A stretch of 64,000 nucleotides of DNA. It comes from Marsupella aquatica (Eukaryota; Plantae; Marchantiophyta). The notes below the pieces were generated by a model. It saw nothing but the letters and a program-made list of their open reading frames with translations. It was not told where the DNA came from and did no database searches. Position numbers and translations under genes: made by a program. Shown here one piece after another: positions 33,901-48,489 of this stretch. Every line of letters starts with the position of its first letter. Positions within the stretch are counted from its first letter, which is position 1. The DNA lies in assembly GCA_973895155.1 (NCBI GenBank), contig OZ316899.1, positions 10,228,287 to 10,292,286 on the forward strand. Reading direction: 5' to 3'.

Positions 33901-36900
33901 AGCTGCCATAAAAGGTAAACAAATCTGTGCAGTGACTCCAAAGTCAAACACATACTCCTGAATGCACTGACGACTCATGACAAAGTACAAGGAAAAGGAA
34001 CAAATCTCAGGGAACTAACAGTCATTCTGAATAGAGATAGCCATTGTTCATGTATTCGCTAACAAAGCGTCAATTTTCTTTACATCTAATTTTTTCAAGC
34101 TGTAAAAAAGAGAAGTGATTCAAAGTGCTGAATTCTTTGTTCCTTTGTTTACTATCAAATATCTGTAATTTGTAGCGCATTTTTAGTTGGCTCATCTGTA
34201 AATCTTTTGACCCAGGGTAGGTATACTTTTCCCGACACCCATTTACGTCTAGATGAATCATGAGAGCAAATGAAAAAATCACGGGAGAAAGAGGACCATG
34301 TTCACATACATTTGACCTCAACAGGTTGCAAGGGAAGAGACGTAAAAATTGCTGTGTAGTGAAGCTCCCTATGCCTCCAGCTCATTGATCAGGTTTTGAA
34401 CTATATATCTGCAAAAAAATTCAAGGGTAATAACAGGTGAGCTCCAGCTCAAGTTTATGGACATGTTACATATTCAGCAATGAACATTTCATGTACATGC
34501 TAGGATACAAATCTGAACCGAAGGGCAGGAATGAATATCCTATCCAAAATGTAAGCACCATGGACTTATTTTCCAGAAATCTCGTGACTGGGCAACATCA
34601 AATATTGGCCAAACGCCAGCAAAAAATGATAGAAACCCAACCACTAGAACTGTTAGATAAAATTAGCTAACTCTACACACACTAGCTTCTTTGAAGTAAA
34701 CTGTTGTAATATATACATATATATTGCAAAAGGGGGAAACACTATTCATTGACTGCCTACTTATGGTTAGTTGACTTGTCAAACAGGTCCCAAGGGAAAG
34801 TTGGCAGAGAACTGTCCCAAAGAAGCAACTGTCTTAAAGAAAAGTAAAAAGGGCAACAGACAAGAGAATCAGGATCCACATTGCAAGTACTAGAAGAATA
34901 CGCACTATGCACTTAATAATTTTGGCTGTACATATTTCATGCACGAGAAGGGAAAAGTATACTAAGCTCGGTAAGTAGACCCAACAGTAACTTGTTTCCC
35001 CTCATGGAAGGGACCGTGCTTTACCAGATTCTACTGATGTCGCGTCCCTCTCAATTTATTACACGTTTGCAAATATGCTAAGCCAATTTACTCTTCTACT
35101 CAAAGCAAAATGGTGGCAACCTGTTTCTTTGTGGAAGACTATAATAATTGTCTAATGTTCAACGTTAAATGTACTCAGTGTAATGGAGTTGGTTAGACAG
35201 GTGAGATTGCGCTTCTTCATGATCAATGATTTTGGTCTCAATCATTCAAAAAGAAAGGAGAAAGCTAAGCGCATCTGTCTTATCAATGATCAACTTCAAA
35301 AAATCCTAATCTTGCTCAACCTTCTTTGCCTCAAAGATAGGGGATTCTTTGCAACCACCGGTCTTCAAAAAACTGATTTCAGCTACTTGATCGGGCATTC
35401 ACGTCATTTGAACAAGTTGAGGTCAAGACAAAAATGGCACTCACCTCAAGCAGAGCTCTAATTAAGCTGAAGCAAGCTACAGTAGAAGTTGCATTATATG
35501 CTTGGGGCATTGACGTCATTTAAGATAGTTGAGATCAAAATGAAAAAAAAATTGTTTACGTTCGGATGTAAATCCAGAAAATCCATAGCCTCAAACTCAT
35601 CCACCATCGACAAATTGTTAGTCCAACAAACTAACAATAAGATTGCCTTGATTTATATCCTGCTGGATCAGCTGAATAATTAGTTTGGGAGCTAAATCTG
35701 ATCTGCTCTGTTACTAGGACTGACATTGCACTCCGGAATCAAGTAGCTATATAAATTCCAACATTTGATTCATCTCCAGACCAGAATAGATTGTATCAAG
35801 CATGATAGCAAACATCGGGCCACACACTCACAGCCAACTGTGAAAGAACTTCTTTGGGATCAGTCACTGGCATATGTATCCAATGATTAAGAACAAAAGA
35901 AAATTATGAGTTGAATAGGAACCTAAAATTCAACGGTGACATTGTCCGCTAGAAATGCCAGGCTCCATTTTTCCTTGGTTTGATACTTGAAATAAGTCCT
36001 GAACAAGCAGATGCACAACTAAGATTAATGTTCAGACACTCTTTGAGTCGTCAGTCCGGCAAAGCACTTGTACGCAAGAAGAAAAGGACTGAACAGTGCT
36101 GACAATTCCAATGTGGTCTTTGTACATACGGCGAGGGCAAGGGCAAGGGTTTTCAATTTTCCCATGATTTGGCTAAACTTCCTACTCAGAATTTGTCCCC
36201 ATCACTGTCCTCATACGGCTGGCTCCACTCATTCTCATCCTGCCCCGATTGCAAGTCCATAGGGCAATTCCCATTGTGGGAGGCAATATGTGCATAAGAG
36301 CCTCCCTGAGATCTTCTATCCTTATGAATCCTTATGAGCACGAACTTCCCCCCAACCATTCTACTCGTCTTAAGCCCCAACATTCCTTGCAGTGGGAGTC
36401 ATTCTTGTTGTGGGAGTTCCCTCCCGTCCTGAACCTTGTGAAGGGCACGAAGGCCGTGCTGGTGTAATTCCTCTGAAGAACGTCCAGCAGCCTGACCACG
36501 CCTCGGTCTATGGAAATTAGCCTGCGAGTCTGCTCCCTGTGAATCTGCTCACCTCTTGGTCCTGATTCCTACCTTCTAAAGAGCTCCACATTTTAGTGTT
36601 CTGCTCCAAATCGTCAAGTCTGATCCCAATGCTGGCATGGCCAGAACTCCCTGTCTTGGACCAATAGCCAGGCCACTCACATTAGCAGCTTGCACAGCTC
36701 CAATCAAATATCCACACACTGCCAGCATCTCCATGGCATCCTGCGAGTTCCCATCCACCATTCAGACGTCCTAGCTTATCCTCCTCCATTGGTTCTATTC
36801 TCGATATTCACTGCTGCTCAGATTTCAAAAAAAAATTTGAAGTGTAACCACATTGGGAGATGTGGTTGACTCACATCAGGTCCATCAACGTCTGCGTGGG

Positions 36901-38029
36901 TACCCACAAAGTAGGCTGACAACAGCAAGAAAGATTGAAGCACTCATGACCTCAAGCTCTTGCACAGCCCTCCTCATCTCCGCCATCGCCCGACATCGAG
37001 CTGATCCTGGATTGCGCTCACCTGGATTGCATGTCACCTCAAAATGCTCCCAACCCTCAAACCGCAAGACGTAAGGCCATATCTGGCATTGACAAAGTAA
37101 GTCCAGTCGCGCACAATGGAAGGATGGAAAGAAGTTCCATTGAACACATTGAAATTGGTTGTAAGTTGCAAACTTGGAAGAAAGCAGCGCCAAGATCTGG
37201 TGGCGATTGTGAGTCGTCCGACCAAGAAGATTTTCAGGTCTCATTGCAGTTGCATGAAGCTCCATAGGCAGAGAGTTGAAGGTCTTGAAACACCAAAAGC
37301 CTTGAGCGCGGCATTTTTTGCGAGTGGAGATTTTGAAAACACGAAGGGAAGGAGTAAAATCCTCTTTACAGAAATGTACATCAGTGTAAAGCTTGGTTTT
37401 AGAACCAGGTTGACACCCAAGTCAATTTGGATGAGCCTATGAGGGTTGAGTTCCAAAGTTGAGATGTAAGGGAGAAGTCGTGAGGGAATTCACAAGGGTG
37501 TAAATCTTGGTTTACAGACCTACAAATAAGGTGTAAATAGGGTGTAAATGAGGTGTAAACCAATACTTTTACCCCATTTTGAGAGTTGTAAGCCACGTCC
37601 TTGATAGTTGTAGATCATGTACCTGCTTTGACTGGGAATGTGTAACAGGGTGACTATGTCAAATTTGGCCTAGGATGGCCAGCCCAGGTAGAGGCACATG
37701 TCGTGCTCATGAAAATGTTTGGACCCCGTAAGGTCATGGCTGTTTGTGTAGGTGCCAACAAGAATGTTAAGGACAAATGTTATATATAAAAAAGGACGTC
37801 CATGATATAAAAGGAACTTTTGGATCAAGGGGAAACCTTGGTTTTCTAACTTGGTGCTCTAGAGTTATGGCTCAAGATCACATTGACCCTAAACCCGTAA
37901 CCCGCCCCTCATTTAAACAAATTAATCCTTCATGGAGGTGAGGGTGTTGTGAATTACACTAGTGTAATTAACTATGTAACGGCCATGTTTTTTGGGTGAT
38001 AGGTTATGTCTGCAAAAATATATGCATGC

Positions 38030-39670
38030 ACGAGCACATTTCTAGGGCAACTATTAGTTTCATAGACATAAGTATAGTATGTGTACTTTTGTACTAGCTT
38101 TTGCCAGCACCCTCGTCTGGCCCCTTACATGCTACATGACCACTACATATGAGGCTATGTTGTCTAAGAGAATTTGAGAGCGTTACACCAAAGCATTAAT
38201 AAGTGAGCCCTCCCATGACTATATGACCTTAAATATGCCAGCATCAATGACCTCCCCCTGACCTCCAATATGACAAGACTAATGGCTTCCAATATGACCG
38301 CATGAATGACCCTAAACTTTTAGTCATTGAGATTGACACACCATTTAATTCACAAATGACCCAATGAACTCCCTTGTACCTCCAAAGAGAACCCCCCAAT
38401 AGGCTTTGTAATGACCACATTTCCAGTCATTTGGTACTTCTGACCTCTAGTATGACAGCCAAGATGACCCTAATTTGAGGTGTTATCATTAATGACACAC
38501 CATTGTTCCAAAATGACCCAAAAAGAGATTATCATAGCTCCTCATAACACCCATATGACCATTCAATGACCTCTCTAATGATCACATTTGCAGTTAGTTG
38601 AACCAAATGACCTCCAATATGACTACCAAAATGAACCTTACTGTAGTCATTGGCATTAATGACACACCATTATGTGAAAATGACCCAATAAAGATTACAC
38701 TACCTCTCAAAGTGCCCCCTTACAATTCCTTTGCAATTTAATAGAATATACCCAAATTCCAAATATCGGCACAAACATGACTATGTCAAATTCCACTAGT
38801 ATTGCACAATATACCTCTTGGAGAGACAGAAACAATTTTTCTTTGCCTTTGGATAGGATGGTATGCGTGATGGTGACACTTTTGGCAAATCACTCCAAAG
38901 TTGTATGACTTGGGACCGAGTGATTTTCCCAAAGTTCCATCATGCCTTAACAAAATGCAAAAACATGACACCAAAGTGCTAATGGTGCAACTAGTGGTTG
39001 GAGAATAGTAAATATAGTATTTCGCACCTATTGGAGGGGTTGTGAGCTCTATGTGGGGCCACATAGCACTCTAGGGCCCACCTCCAGCCCTTAGCCCCAA
39101 ATTGGTCATTCATGCTTGTCTTCAATGGCTGCACTAGGGACCAAATGTTACTCATCCAAATGTTAGCAATTAATAGCTCTCCACTCGTGACTCAATTGAG
39201 AGAAACCCTCAATCACGACTCAAGCACATTTATAGGACAACTATTAGTTTCATAGACATATGTATAGTATGTGTACTTTTGTACATGCCCTTGCCAACAC
39301 CCTCGTCTAGGGCCCACTTCCCAGGCCCCTTACATGCTGCATGACCACTACATATGAGGCTATGTTGTCTAAGAGTTTTTGAGAGCATTACACCAAAGCA
39401 TTAACAAGTGACCCTTCCCATGACTACATGACCTCCAATATGCCAACATTAATGGCTTCCAATATGACAGCGTGAGTGACCCCACGTTTAGTCCTCAGAT
39501 TGAAGCACCATTTAACTCACAAATGACCCAATGAACTCCCTTGTACCTCCAAAGAGAACCCCCCAATAGCCTTTGTAAAGACCACATTTCCAGTCATTTG
39601 GTACTTCTGACCTCTAGTATGACAACCAAGATTACCCTAATTTGAGGTGTTTTCATTAATGACACACCAT
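38030..39670. repeat. Direct duplication of ~480 bp (38030-38520 vs 39225-39670)
   Basis: caactattagtttcatagacata.gtatagtatgtgtacttttgtac and downstream sequence occur twice. Confidence 0.85.
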
Positions 39671-42600
39671 GAGGGACCTCTCTAATGACCACATATGCAG
39701 TCAATTGCTCCAAATGACCTCCAATATGACTACCAAAATGACCCTTATTGTAGTCATTGGCATTAATGACACACATTAAGTGAAAATGACCCAATGAAGA
39801 GTATACTACCTCTTGGAGTGCCCCCTTACAATTCCTTTGGAATTTAATAGAATATATCCATAAACCAAATATTGGCACAAACATGACATAGTCTTCCACT
39901 AGTATTGCACTATATACCTCTTGGAGAGACAAAAACAATTTTTGTTTGCCTTTGGAACGAATGGTATGCATGCATGGTGACACTTTTGGCAAATCACTCC
40001 AAAGTTGTATGACTTGGGAGTGATTTCCCCAAGGTTGCATCATCCCTTAAGTACTTGCAAAAACATGGCTCCAAAGTGCTCATGGTGCAACTAGTGGTTG
40101 GAGAATAGTGGGTATAGTACCCCGCACCTTGTGGAGAGGTTGCCACCTTCATGTAGGGCCCCATGGCACACTAGGGCCACCTTAAGATCCTAGACCCAAA
40201 AGGGTCATTTCTGATGGTCCATAATGACACGATGAGGGACCTCTATAATGACCCCATATGGAGTCATTTGGCACAAATGACTTCCAAAAGGACTGCCAAA
40301 ATGACCCTTACTGCAGTCTTTGGCATTAATGACACACTATTCCTCCAAAATGACCCAATGAAGATTACAACACCTACTCACAATGCCCCGACACTCTTCA
40401 TATGTAAAATGGAGTATTCCCCATCCAAACACCGGCACAAACATGACACAATTACATCACAAGATGACAACCTTCCATTGGTGTTGCACTACTTCTTGGA
40501 GAGACAAAAAATGGCTCCATTTGCGTTTGGATACGGTGGTATGCATCCATGGTGACACTTTTGACAAATCACTCCAAAGTTGTATGACTTGGGAGTGATT
40601 TCCCCAAGGGTGCATCATGCCTTAAGTAAACGCAAAAACATGTATCCAAAGTGTTTATGTCGCAACTAGTGGTTGGACAATGATGAGTATAGTGTCCCTC
40701 ACCTACTGGAGAGTTTCCCACCTCTATGTGGGGCCACATGGCACTCTAGGGCCCACCTTCAGCCCCTAGCCCCAAACTGGTCATTTGTGCTTTTGTTTAA
40801 TGATTGCACAAGGGACCCCTCAAATGACCACAAATCTAGTCACTTGACTTATATGACTTCTCATATGACAGTTTTGATGACTCTACTTTTAGTCATTGGC
40901 ATTTATGATGGGCCATTGCTCACATATGACCCAATAAAGGACCTAGTATCTCCACAAAGAGCCCCCTTTAGATTCCTTGCAAGGTTAGAATATTCCTCTA
41001 CCCTAAACCAGCACACACACCATATAGGGAAGCACAACAACCACGCTCTTACCCTAAACCCTGCTGCACTACCTCTTGGAGAACAAAAATAGCACTTTTG
41101 TTTGCGTTTGGATGTGATGGTATGCATCCATGGTGACACTTTTGACAAATCACTCCAAAGTCGTATGACTTGGGAGTGATTTCCCCAAAGGTGCATAGTG
41201 CCTTAAGTAAACGCAAAAACATGTGTCCAAAGTGTTTATGTCGCAACTAGTGGTTGGACAATGATGAGTATAGTGTCCCGCACCTAGTGGAGAGTTTCTC
41301 ACCTCTATGTGGGGCCACATGGCACTCTAGTAAGGGCCCACCTTCAGCCCCTAGCCCCAAACTGGTCATTTGTGCTTCTGTTTAATGATTGCATGGGGGA
41401 CAACACAAATGACCACAAGTCTAGTAACTTGACTTATATGACATCCCATATGACAGTTTTAATGACTCTACTTGTAGTCATTGGCATTTATGACACAAAT
41501 TTGTCTAAAAATGACCCAATAAAAATTACACTACATCCTTGATTGCCGCGTCACTATTCATTTGCAAAATAGAATATTCCCCATCCAAACAAAGGCACAA
41601 ACCTGACACAATTACATGGAAGGATGATAGCCTTCCATTGGTGTTGCGCTACTTCTTGTAGAGACAAAAAATGGCTTCATTTCCCTTTGGATAGGATGGT
41701 ATGCATCAATGGTGACACTTTTGGCAAATCACTCCAAACCCGACTCCAAAGTCGTATGACTTGGGAGTGATTTCCCCTAGATTGTATCATCCCTTAAGTA
41801 AGCACATAAATGAGATACCAAAGTGCTAATGGTGCAACTAGTGGTTGGAGAATAGTAAATATAGTATTTGGCACCTAGTGGAGGGGTTGCGAGCTCTATG
41901 TGGGGCTACATGGCACTCTAGCACCGACCTCCAGCCCTTAGCCCCAAATTGGTCATTTAGGCTTGTCTTCAATGACTGCACTAGGGACCCTTCAAATGAC
42001 AACAAGTCCAGTCATTTGACTTATATGACATCCTATATGACAATTTCAATGACCCTATTTGTAGTCATTGCGCAAAAATGACCCAATGAAGGTCCTAGTA
42101 CCTCCAGAGAGAACCCGTTCTAGATTCCTTGGAAGGTTGGAATATTCCTCTTCTCTAAACCCACACCCACACCATACAAGGAAGCATGACTCCCCTGTCC
42201 ATTCCATTGGTGCAGCACTACCTCTTGGAGAACCAAAAAACAACTTTTATTTGCCTTTGGATGTGATGGTATGCGCCCATTTGACACTTTTGACAAATCA
42301 TTCCAAAGCCGTATGACTTGGGAGTGATTTCCCCAAGGTGCATCATGCCATAAGTAAACGCAAAAACATGGCTCCAAAGTGTTTATGTTGCAACTAGTGG
42401 ATGGACAAACATGAGTATAGTGTCCCGCACCTAGTGGAGGGGTTTTCACCTCTATGTGGAGCTAGATGGCACTCTAGGGCCCACCTCCAGCCCCTAGCCC
42501 CAAACTGGTCATTTGTGCTTTTGCACAATGACTGCACAAGGGACCCCTCAAATGACCACAAATCCAGTCATTTGACTTATATGACTTCCGATATGACGGT

Positions 42601-44350
42601 TTCAATGACCTGAGTAGTAGTCATTGGTATTTATGATGCGCCATTATTCACAAATGACCCAATGGGGGCCATAGTACCTCCAAAGAGAGCCCGCTTTAGA
42701 TTCCTTGGAAGGTCGGAATATTCCTCTTCTCTAAACCCGCACCCACACCATACAAGGAAGCACGACTCCCCTGCCCATTCCATTGGTGCAGCACTTCCTC
42801 TTGGAGAACCAAAAAAAACTTTTATTTGCCTTTGGATGTGATGGTATGCGCCCATTTGACACTTTTGACAAATCATTCCAAAGCCGTATGACTTGGGAGT
42901 GATTTCCCCAAGGTGCATCATGCCATAAGTAAACGCAAAAACATGGCTCCAAAGTGTTTATGTTGCAACTAGTGGATGGACAAACATGAGTATAGTGTCC
43001 CGCACCTAGTGGAGGGGATTTCACCTCTATGTGGGGCTAGATGGCACTCTAGGGCCCACCTCCAGCCCCTAGCCCCAAACTGGTCATTTGTGCTTTTGCA
43101 CAATGACTGCACAAGGGACCCCTCAAATGACCACAAATCCAGTCATTTGACTTATATGACTTCCGATATGACGGTTTCAATGACCTGAGTAGTAGTCATT
43201 GGCATTTATGATGCGCCATTATTCACAAATGACCCAATGGGGGCCATAGTACCTCCAAAGAGAGCCCGCTTTAGATTCCTTGGAAGGTCAGAATATTCCT
43301 CTTCTCTAAACCCGCACCCACACCATACAAGGAAGCACGACTCCCCTGCCCATTCCATTGGTGCAGCACTACCTCTTGGAGAACCAAAAAACAACTTTTA
43401 TTTGCCTTTGGATGTGATGGTATGCACCCATTTGACACTTTTGACAAATCACTCCAAAGCCGTATGACTTGGGAGTGATTTCCCCAAGGTGCATCATGCC
43501 ATAAGTAAACGCAATAATATGGCCCCAAAGTGTTTATGTCACAACTAGTGGATGGACAAACATGAGTATAGTATCCTGCACCTAGTGGAGGGGTTCTCAC
43601 TTCTATGTGGGGCCAGATGGCACTCTAGGGCCCACCTCCAGCCCCTAGCCCCAAACTGGTCATTTGTGCTTTTGCACAATGACTGCACAAGGGACCCCTC
43701 ACATGACCAAAAATCCAGTCATTAGACTTATATGACAGTCCATATGACAAATTTAATGACCCTACTTGTAGTCATTGGTATTTTTGACGCAAATGTTTTT
43801 AGAAATGACCCAATAAAGATTACACTAGCTCCTTGAGTGCCCCATCACTATTCATGTGCAAATTAAAATATTCCCCATCCAAACACCGGCACAAACATGA
43901 CACAATTACAACAAAGGATGACAGCCTTCCATTAGTATTGGCCTACTTCTTGGAGAGACAAAAAATGGTTTCATTTGCCTTTGGATACGATGGTATGCAT
44001 CCATGGTGACACTTCTGACAAATCACTCCAAAGTTGTATGACTTGGGAGTGATTTCCCCATAGGTGCATCATGCCTTAAGTAAACGCAAAGACATGTGTC
44101 CAAATCGCTAATGCCACAACCAGTGGATGGACAATGATGAATATAGTGTCCCGCACCTAGTGGAAGGGTTCTCAACTCTATGTAGGGCCCATGGCACACT
44201 CGGGCCCACCTTAAGCTCGTAGACCAAAAATGGTCATGTGTGCTAGTCCATAATGACACCATGAGGGATGTTTTGAATGACGACTTATATAGTCATTTGG
44301 TCAAAATGACCTCTAAGATGACCACTGACATTACCCTTATTGTAGTCATT
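38650..44350. repeat. ~575 bp tandem (satellite-like) array, ~9-10 units
   Basis: gtatgacttgggagtgatttcccc recurs near 38903, 40007, 40582, 41163, 41754, 42311, 42886, 43462 and 44036; units at 42060-43700 are nearly identical. Confidence 0.95.
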
Positions 44351-46299
44351 GGCATTCTTCAATGACTCTACAATTATGATGGGTGTCTGGAATGACTATT
44401 GAGTATTTTAATTGTTGATATCTCTTGGGTTCCTTAATGACCCTATAAGTAGTCATTTATGCAATAAGTCCATAATGACTGTATGTTATTGTAAACTTTG
44501 ATATATCTTGATTTTTAGATTGACCCTAGATTTAGTCATTTATGCGACAAGTCCATAATGACGGTATGTTGTTGTAAACACTGATATATCCTAATTCCAA
44601 GATTCACCCTAGAGTTAGTCATTTATGAGAGAAGTACATAATGACGGTATGTTGTTGTAAACATTGATATATTCTTATTTTGAGATTGACCCTAGATTTT
44701 GTCATTTAACACCGTTGGTTAAAATGACGAAAATATATTTTTTGTCATTTATCACCGTTGTCCAAAATGACCCAAATAGATTTTTGGTCATTTCAATCAT
44801 TGTCCAAAGTGACTATAATGGTGCTAAACACTGATTTATCATTGTTGTTATTTATTGCGTCATTTAGGACATGCGTCTAAATTGACCATTTTAGGAAGAC
44901 TGTGTCATTTTGGTCGCATCAGTCATTACAGACATTATACAAAATGACGCAAAAGTTATTGTTTTGTCATTTCAGTCTATTGGTCATTTTGGATAGTCAT
45001 TCTCTCGTCATTCTTTTTGTGTCATTGGGAATTTTGGTCATTTATTCATTTCCGTCATTGGGTGATTAGTCATAAAGGGCCCTGTTTTCTTATAGTGATA
45101 TTATTTTTTAATAGCATCCCCTCCCGTAGCTATTGCTCTATTTCTAAATACTTCAAAACCCCCATGAGAGAAAAATCAAGGAAAAATATCCCTCCAAGAT
45201 TGATCTTCCCGGCCAAGCAACAAGTCATTCCGAGTCTTCCCCTACAACCTGCCTGGACAAAGTCTTGGACAAAATGGCCTGCCTGGACCCTAAAATTGGC
45301 TGACTAGCTTCAAAACAGAATTCTTCAAAGCTGCTAATTGCCGAATTGGTCACTGAAGCTTGCCCAAAATCATTCAACCCTACATTTATGCTTTGGTGGT
45401 TTGCGCTTTTGGGCTAGGGGGTGGCTTTGTGAAAACCACATGGCAATCATCACTCAAGGTAGATTGGTTGGTGCTGAGACGGTCCGAAAGTGCATCATCA
45501 TCATCAGTATCCTCCATCCCTGCCATAGCTTGTGCCTCCGAAGAATTTTTGGGCTCAAACTCCATGAGCTTCATCTCCAATGGTGCTTTCTTGCTTGCCT
45601 CCTTTCCTGTCACCTTTGCTGGAGGTGCCAATGGTTTCCCATTCTTCTTCTGCTCTTCCATGTTCGATTGCCTCCTTGCAATGCTAATAATCAAAAAATT
45701 AGAGTGACCGCCATTGACGGCACTGATTGGCAGCAGGTTTGGCAGGGACATTGCGAGCAGGAGAGAGACAACCACTACCCGAGTCGGAAAAACTTGAACC
45801 AATGCAGGCTTTCTAGTAGACAGCGCCTTGGTAGTACCCACTATAAGCTCTTGAGTGGTGCTAAAGGCAGGAATAGCAATCAGACCACGAATTGCTACGT
45901 TAGTTTTTGTGAGTCTAATTACATTAGGAATCACCACGGAGCATATCCTAGCATTAGTGATATTATGACCGATAGTGAGATCTGTGGCCTGATCTAGTTT
46001 GGGGTTTGTGCCCCTGGGCTTGGTTGGGTGTGTTTTTGGGCGGGGTCTTATTCTGGCGTCTTGTACCTGGGTTTGTTTGTTCTTTTTCGCTTGGGTGGTT
46101 CTGCCCCCGACGTCTTTCTATAAAGACCTTTCATTCCAAAAAAAAATCCAAAAAATTGTGGGTACATCCTCTGGACCACAAAGTCAAGCACCAAAACAAT
46201 TTGAGAGCTTTGAATTGGGCCTCTAAAATTCCCAAATTTCTCCCGAGTTTCATGTACCTACCTCGACAATATCTCCCAAGTTTCCTGTACTTCCAAATA

Positions 46300-46940
46300 G
46301 GTGGATGCATGCAATCCAATGAACCAAACATACCTGGAAAACCTCGCTCTGCATTAATTTGAAGGTGTTTTTCAAAATCTTCAACTGTTGGCTTCCTCAA
46401 ATAGTGACATACAACTCCCTGATGGCTTTCAGAAAGCGATACAGAGACTCCAGTGTTGTGCTTTCAACAATTCTACAATACTCATCCAAGGCATCTGCTC
46501 CAAGTCCATAATCTAATTGTCTCAATGCTGCTGTCAACTTTTGATGTGGAGACAATCCTACTTTCCCTGCAGCATCAACCTTGTGACAAAAATAAGTGTC
46601 GTGTGCACAGACATCAACAAGAATCTTGTTAAACAAACTACTGCTCATTCTGAATCTCCTTCTGAATTTCAATTCATCATAGGTTGGTGCATCAAAAAAG
46701 TAGTCATTCCATAGGTCTTCTGTCCCTTTTTCTCTACGCCTCTCGACATTCTCACTTATGCCTGGCCTAGACCCTCAGTGCTTTCTTTTCCAAGAGTGGT
46801 GGCCAATATTTGGAATGGAAAGGGGTACACTGAACACTATCAACTCCCACAATCTTTGTTCCTCATCACAATCTGCCGCCTCCTCCTCCAATTCTTTGTT
46901 GAGATCCGCTAGCCATCTTTCGAGGTCCATTCTCAACAGA
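46300..46940 (-). pseudogene. PIF/Harbinger transposase, N-terminal half, truncated after the first catalytic Asp
   Basis: FRRRFRMSSSLF, DAAGKVGLSPHQKLTAALRQL.YG..AD.LDEY, RGFPGMFGSLDCMH. Confidence 0.92.
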
Positions 46941-48461
46941 TGATTGATGTGCAGTCCAGGCTTGTTCCCTGGGCCCTTACTCTGTGTATATTAATGGAAC
47001 CCGCTTGTGAACGCCCCTCCCCTCCAAATCGCTTCAGTACTATTTTTTGCCCTTTTAAAAAGCTCTTATTAGTATTAATAAATTACTTTTGGGTCAGTAA
47101 GAAATCCCTTTGGGCTATTATAATCTTCATCAAAATGACATTAAATATGATCTTCTGGTGTTATAAAAAAAATCTTGTCAAAGAGATTCTAAGTCAAATA
47201 GATTGGAATAAACATTTCACATTATCAAAAGCAAAAACAGGACTAACATATTCTTTATGTACACACTTCCTCGCAAGAAGGTAGGAGTCAAGGCATTTAA
47301 GAGTCAAACAAACTCATACAAGTATCCAAATTTAAGTTGTAAATATCCTACGCTGTCATCTATGGAAAACTGTAAGTCCACATTGCACTTAAGTTTGTCC
47401 CATAGGTTGTTGAGCATATTCATCATCGTTTACAAGAAAGTTATCCTTTGAGTCTAAAGCATTGGAAAACTTATTACATTTAAACCAATTCTTTGATCAC
47501 TAGAAGTGATAAATATCCACCGAGGTACACAAGTGACTTTGGATTGAGTCTCTCTCTATCACTTGTGGCATCATAGAATCCCCATCTAATGCAACACGCA
47601 TTGAACAACATGATTGTCAACTTGACCTCCTCCTTCTTTGGGGGCCCTACAAGGCCATATATACCCCTACACTGTTTCATATAGAGCATCAAAGAGATCA
47701 ACGGCAGATTTTGGTCATCCATAAATGGTAAACGAGACCCCCTAAAGGCAAAATTGCCCCTATCCCCAAAAAATTCAAATGTGTCTGCACACCCCAAACC
47801 AATGATGTAATGACACGTGGATGAATGAGTTATTGACGTGTGGCGGCCCTATATGCTTTACCCTTCCATAAAACTACTGGAACCCTATTTTTTAGATCAC
47901 CTTGGTTCATTATAACATGGAACCCATTAAAACAAAGGGTTGTTACATTATAAGCAATTATAACTATTATTCAAAAAAGGGATTCAAAAACCCCTTGAGT
48001 TGTTCGCACGGGGGGTCCCATATTAGTTAAGCTAAGGGCCCAGGGGGCTTGTTAGGACTGCTTCAAATTATCCCGATCAAAAGGGATGAAGGTCATGGTC
48101 GCATGAAAGTGAAGACAAAAGCAAGGGTGAGCACACAACACAAATCACTTGAAGTTGCATGATCAACATGCATTCTACAACCTCTGTTGCGTCGAAACGT
48201 GAGTCAAGATCTCGTGAGTCAAGGTCTGCAAGAAATAGAGGGTTTACTTCACACCAAACAAAAGTGAATCCAACGTGTGTGAGAATCCTCCCCGCAGCTG
48301 TGGGCCCCAGTTTGTACGCGCGCATATGGGAGGGAGGTCAGAATGGGTGTTGCCGGTGGGGATTGCGTTAAAGTAGGGTGACTCTCCATTAGGCAGGCGC
48401 CATTTCACCTGCCATATGATGGGGATAGGGGCCACAAATCTCCAAACCGTTGGAGATGCTC
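46300..48461 (-). mobile_element. Truncated PIF/Harbinger element, one TIR seen
   Basis: Reverse complement GAGCATCTCCAAC ends at 48461, followed by TAA. It sits at the ..cccctta site that is uninterrupted in CACTA copy A (28206-28212). Confidence 0.7.
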
Positions 48462-48489
48462 TAAGGGGCTTAATATGAGTCAGATCTCT

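Larger units (their letters stand above)
30974..45097. mobile_element. Non-autonomous CACTA element (~14.1 kb) with exon-like filler and a tandem array
   Basis: Left end CACTAGTAGAAAACATGG..TTTATGAC; right end (reverse complement) CACTATAAGAAAACAGGG..TTTATGAC; dense AATGAC/GTCATT sub-terminal repeats at 31000-31790 and 44300-45080. The flanking triplets TAT and ATA are not a clean TSD. Confidence 0.75.

Noticed and set aside
38786-44262. Many 60-150 aa ORFs in the 575 bp array
   Set aside because: They recur with the repeat unit on both strands and have no protein-like motifs; spurious.
45386-45937. 183 aa minus-strand ORF
   Set aside because: Low-complexity C-terminal half with no recognisable domain; possibly a retroelement fragment but unsupported.
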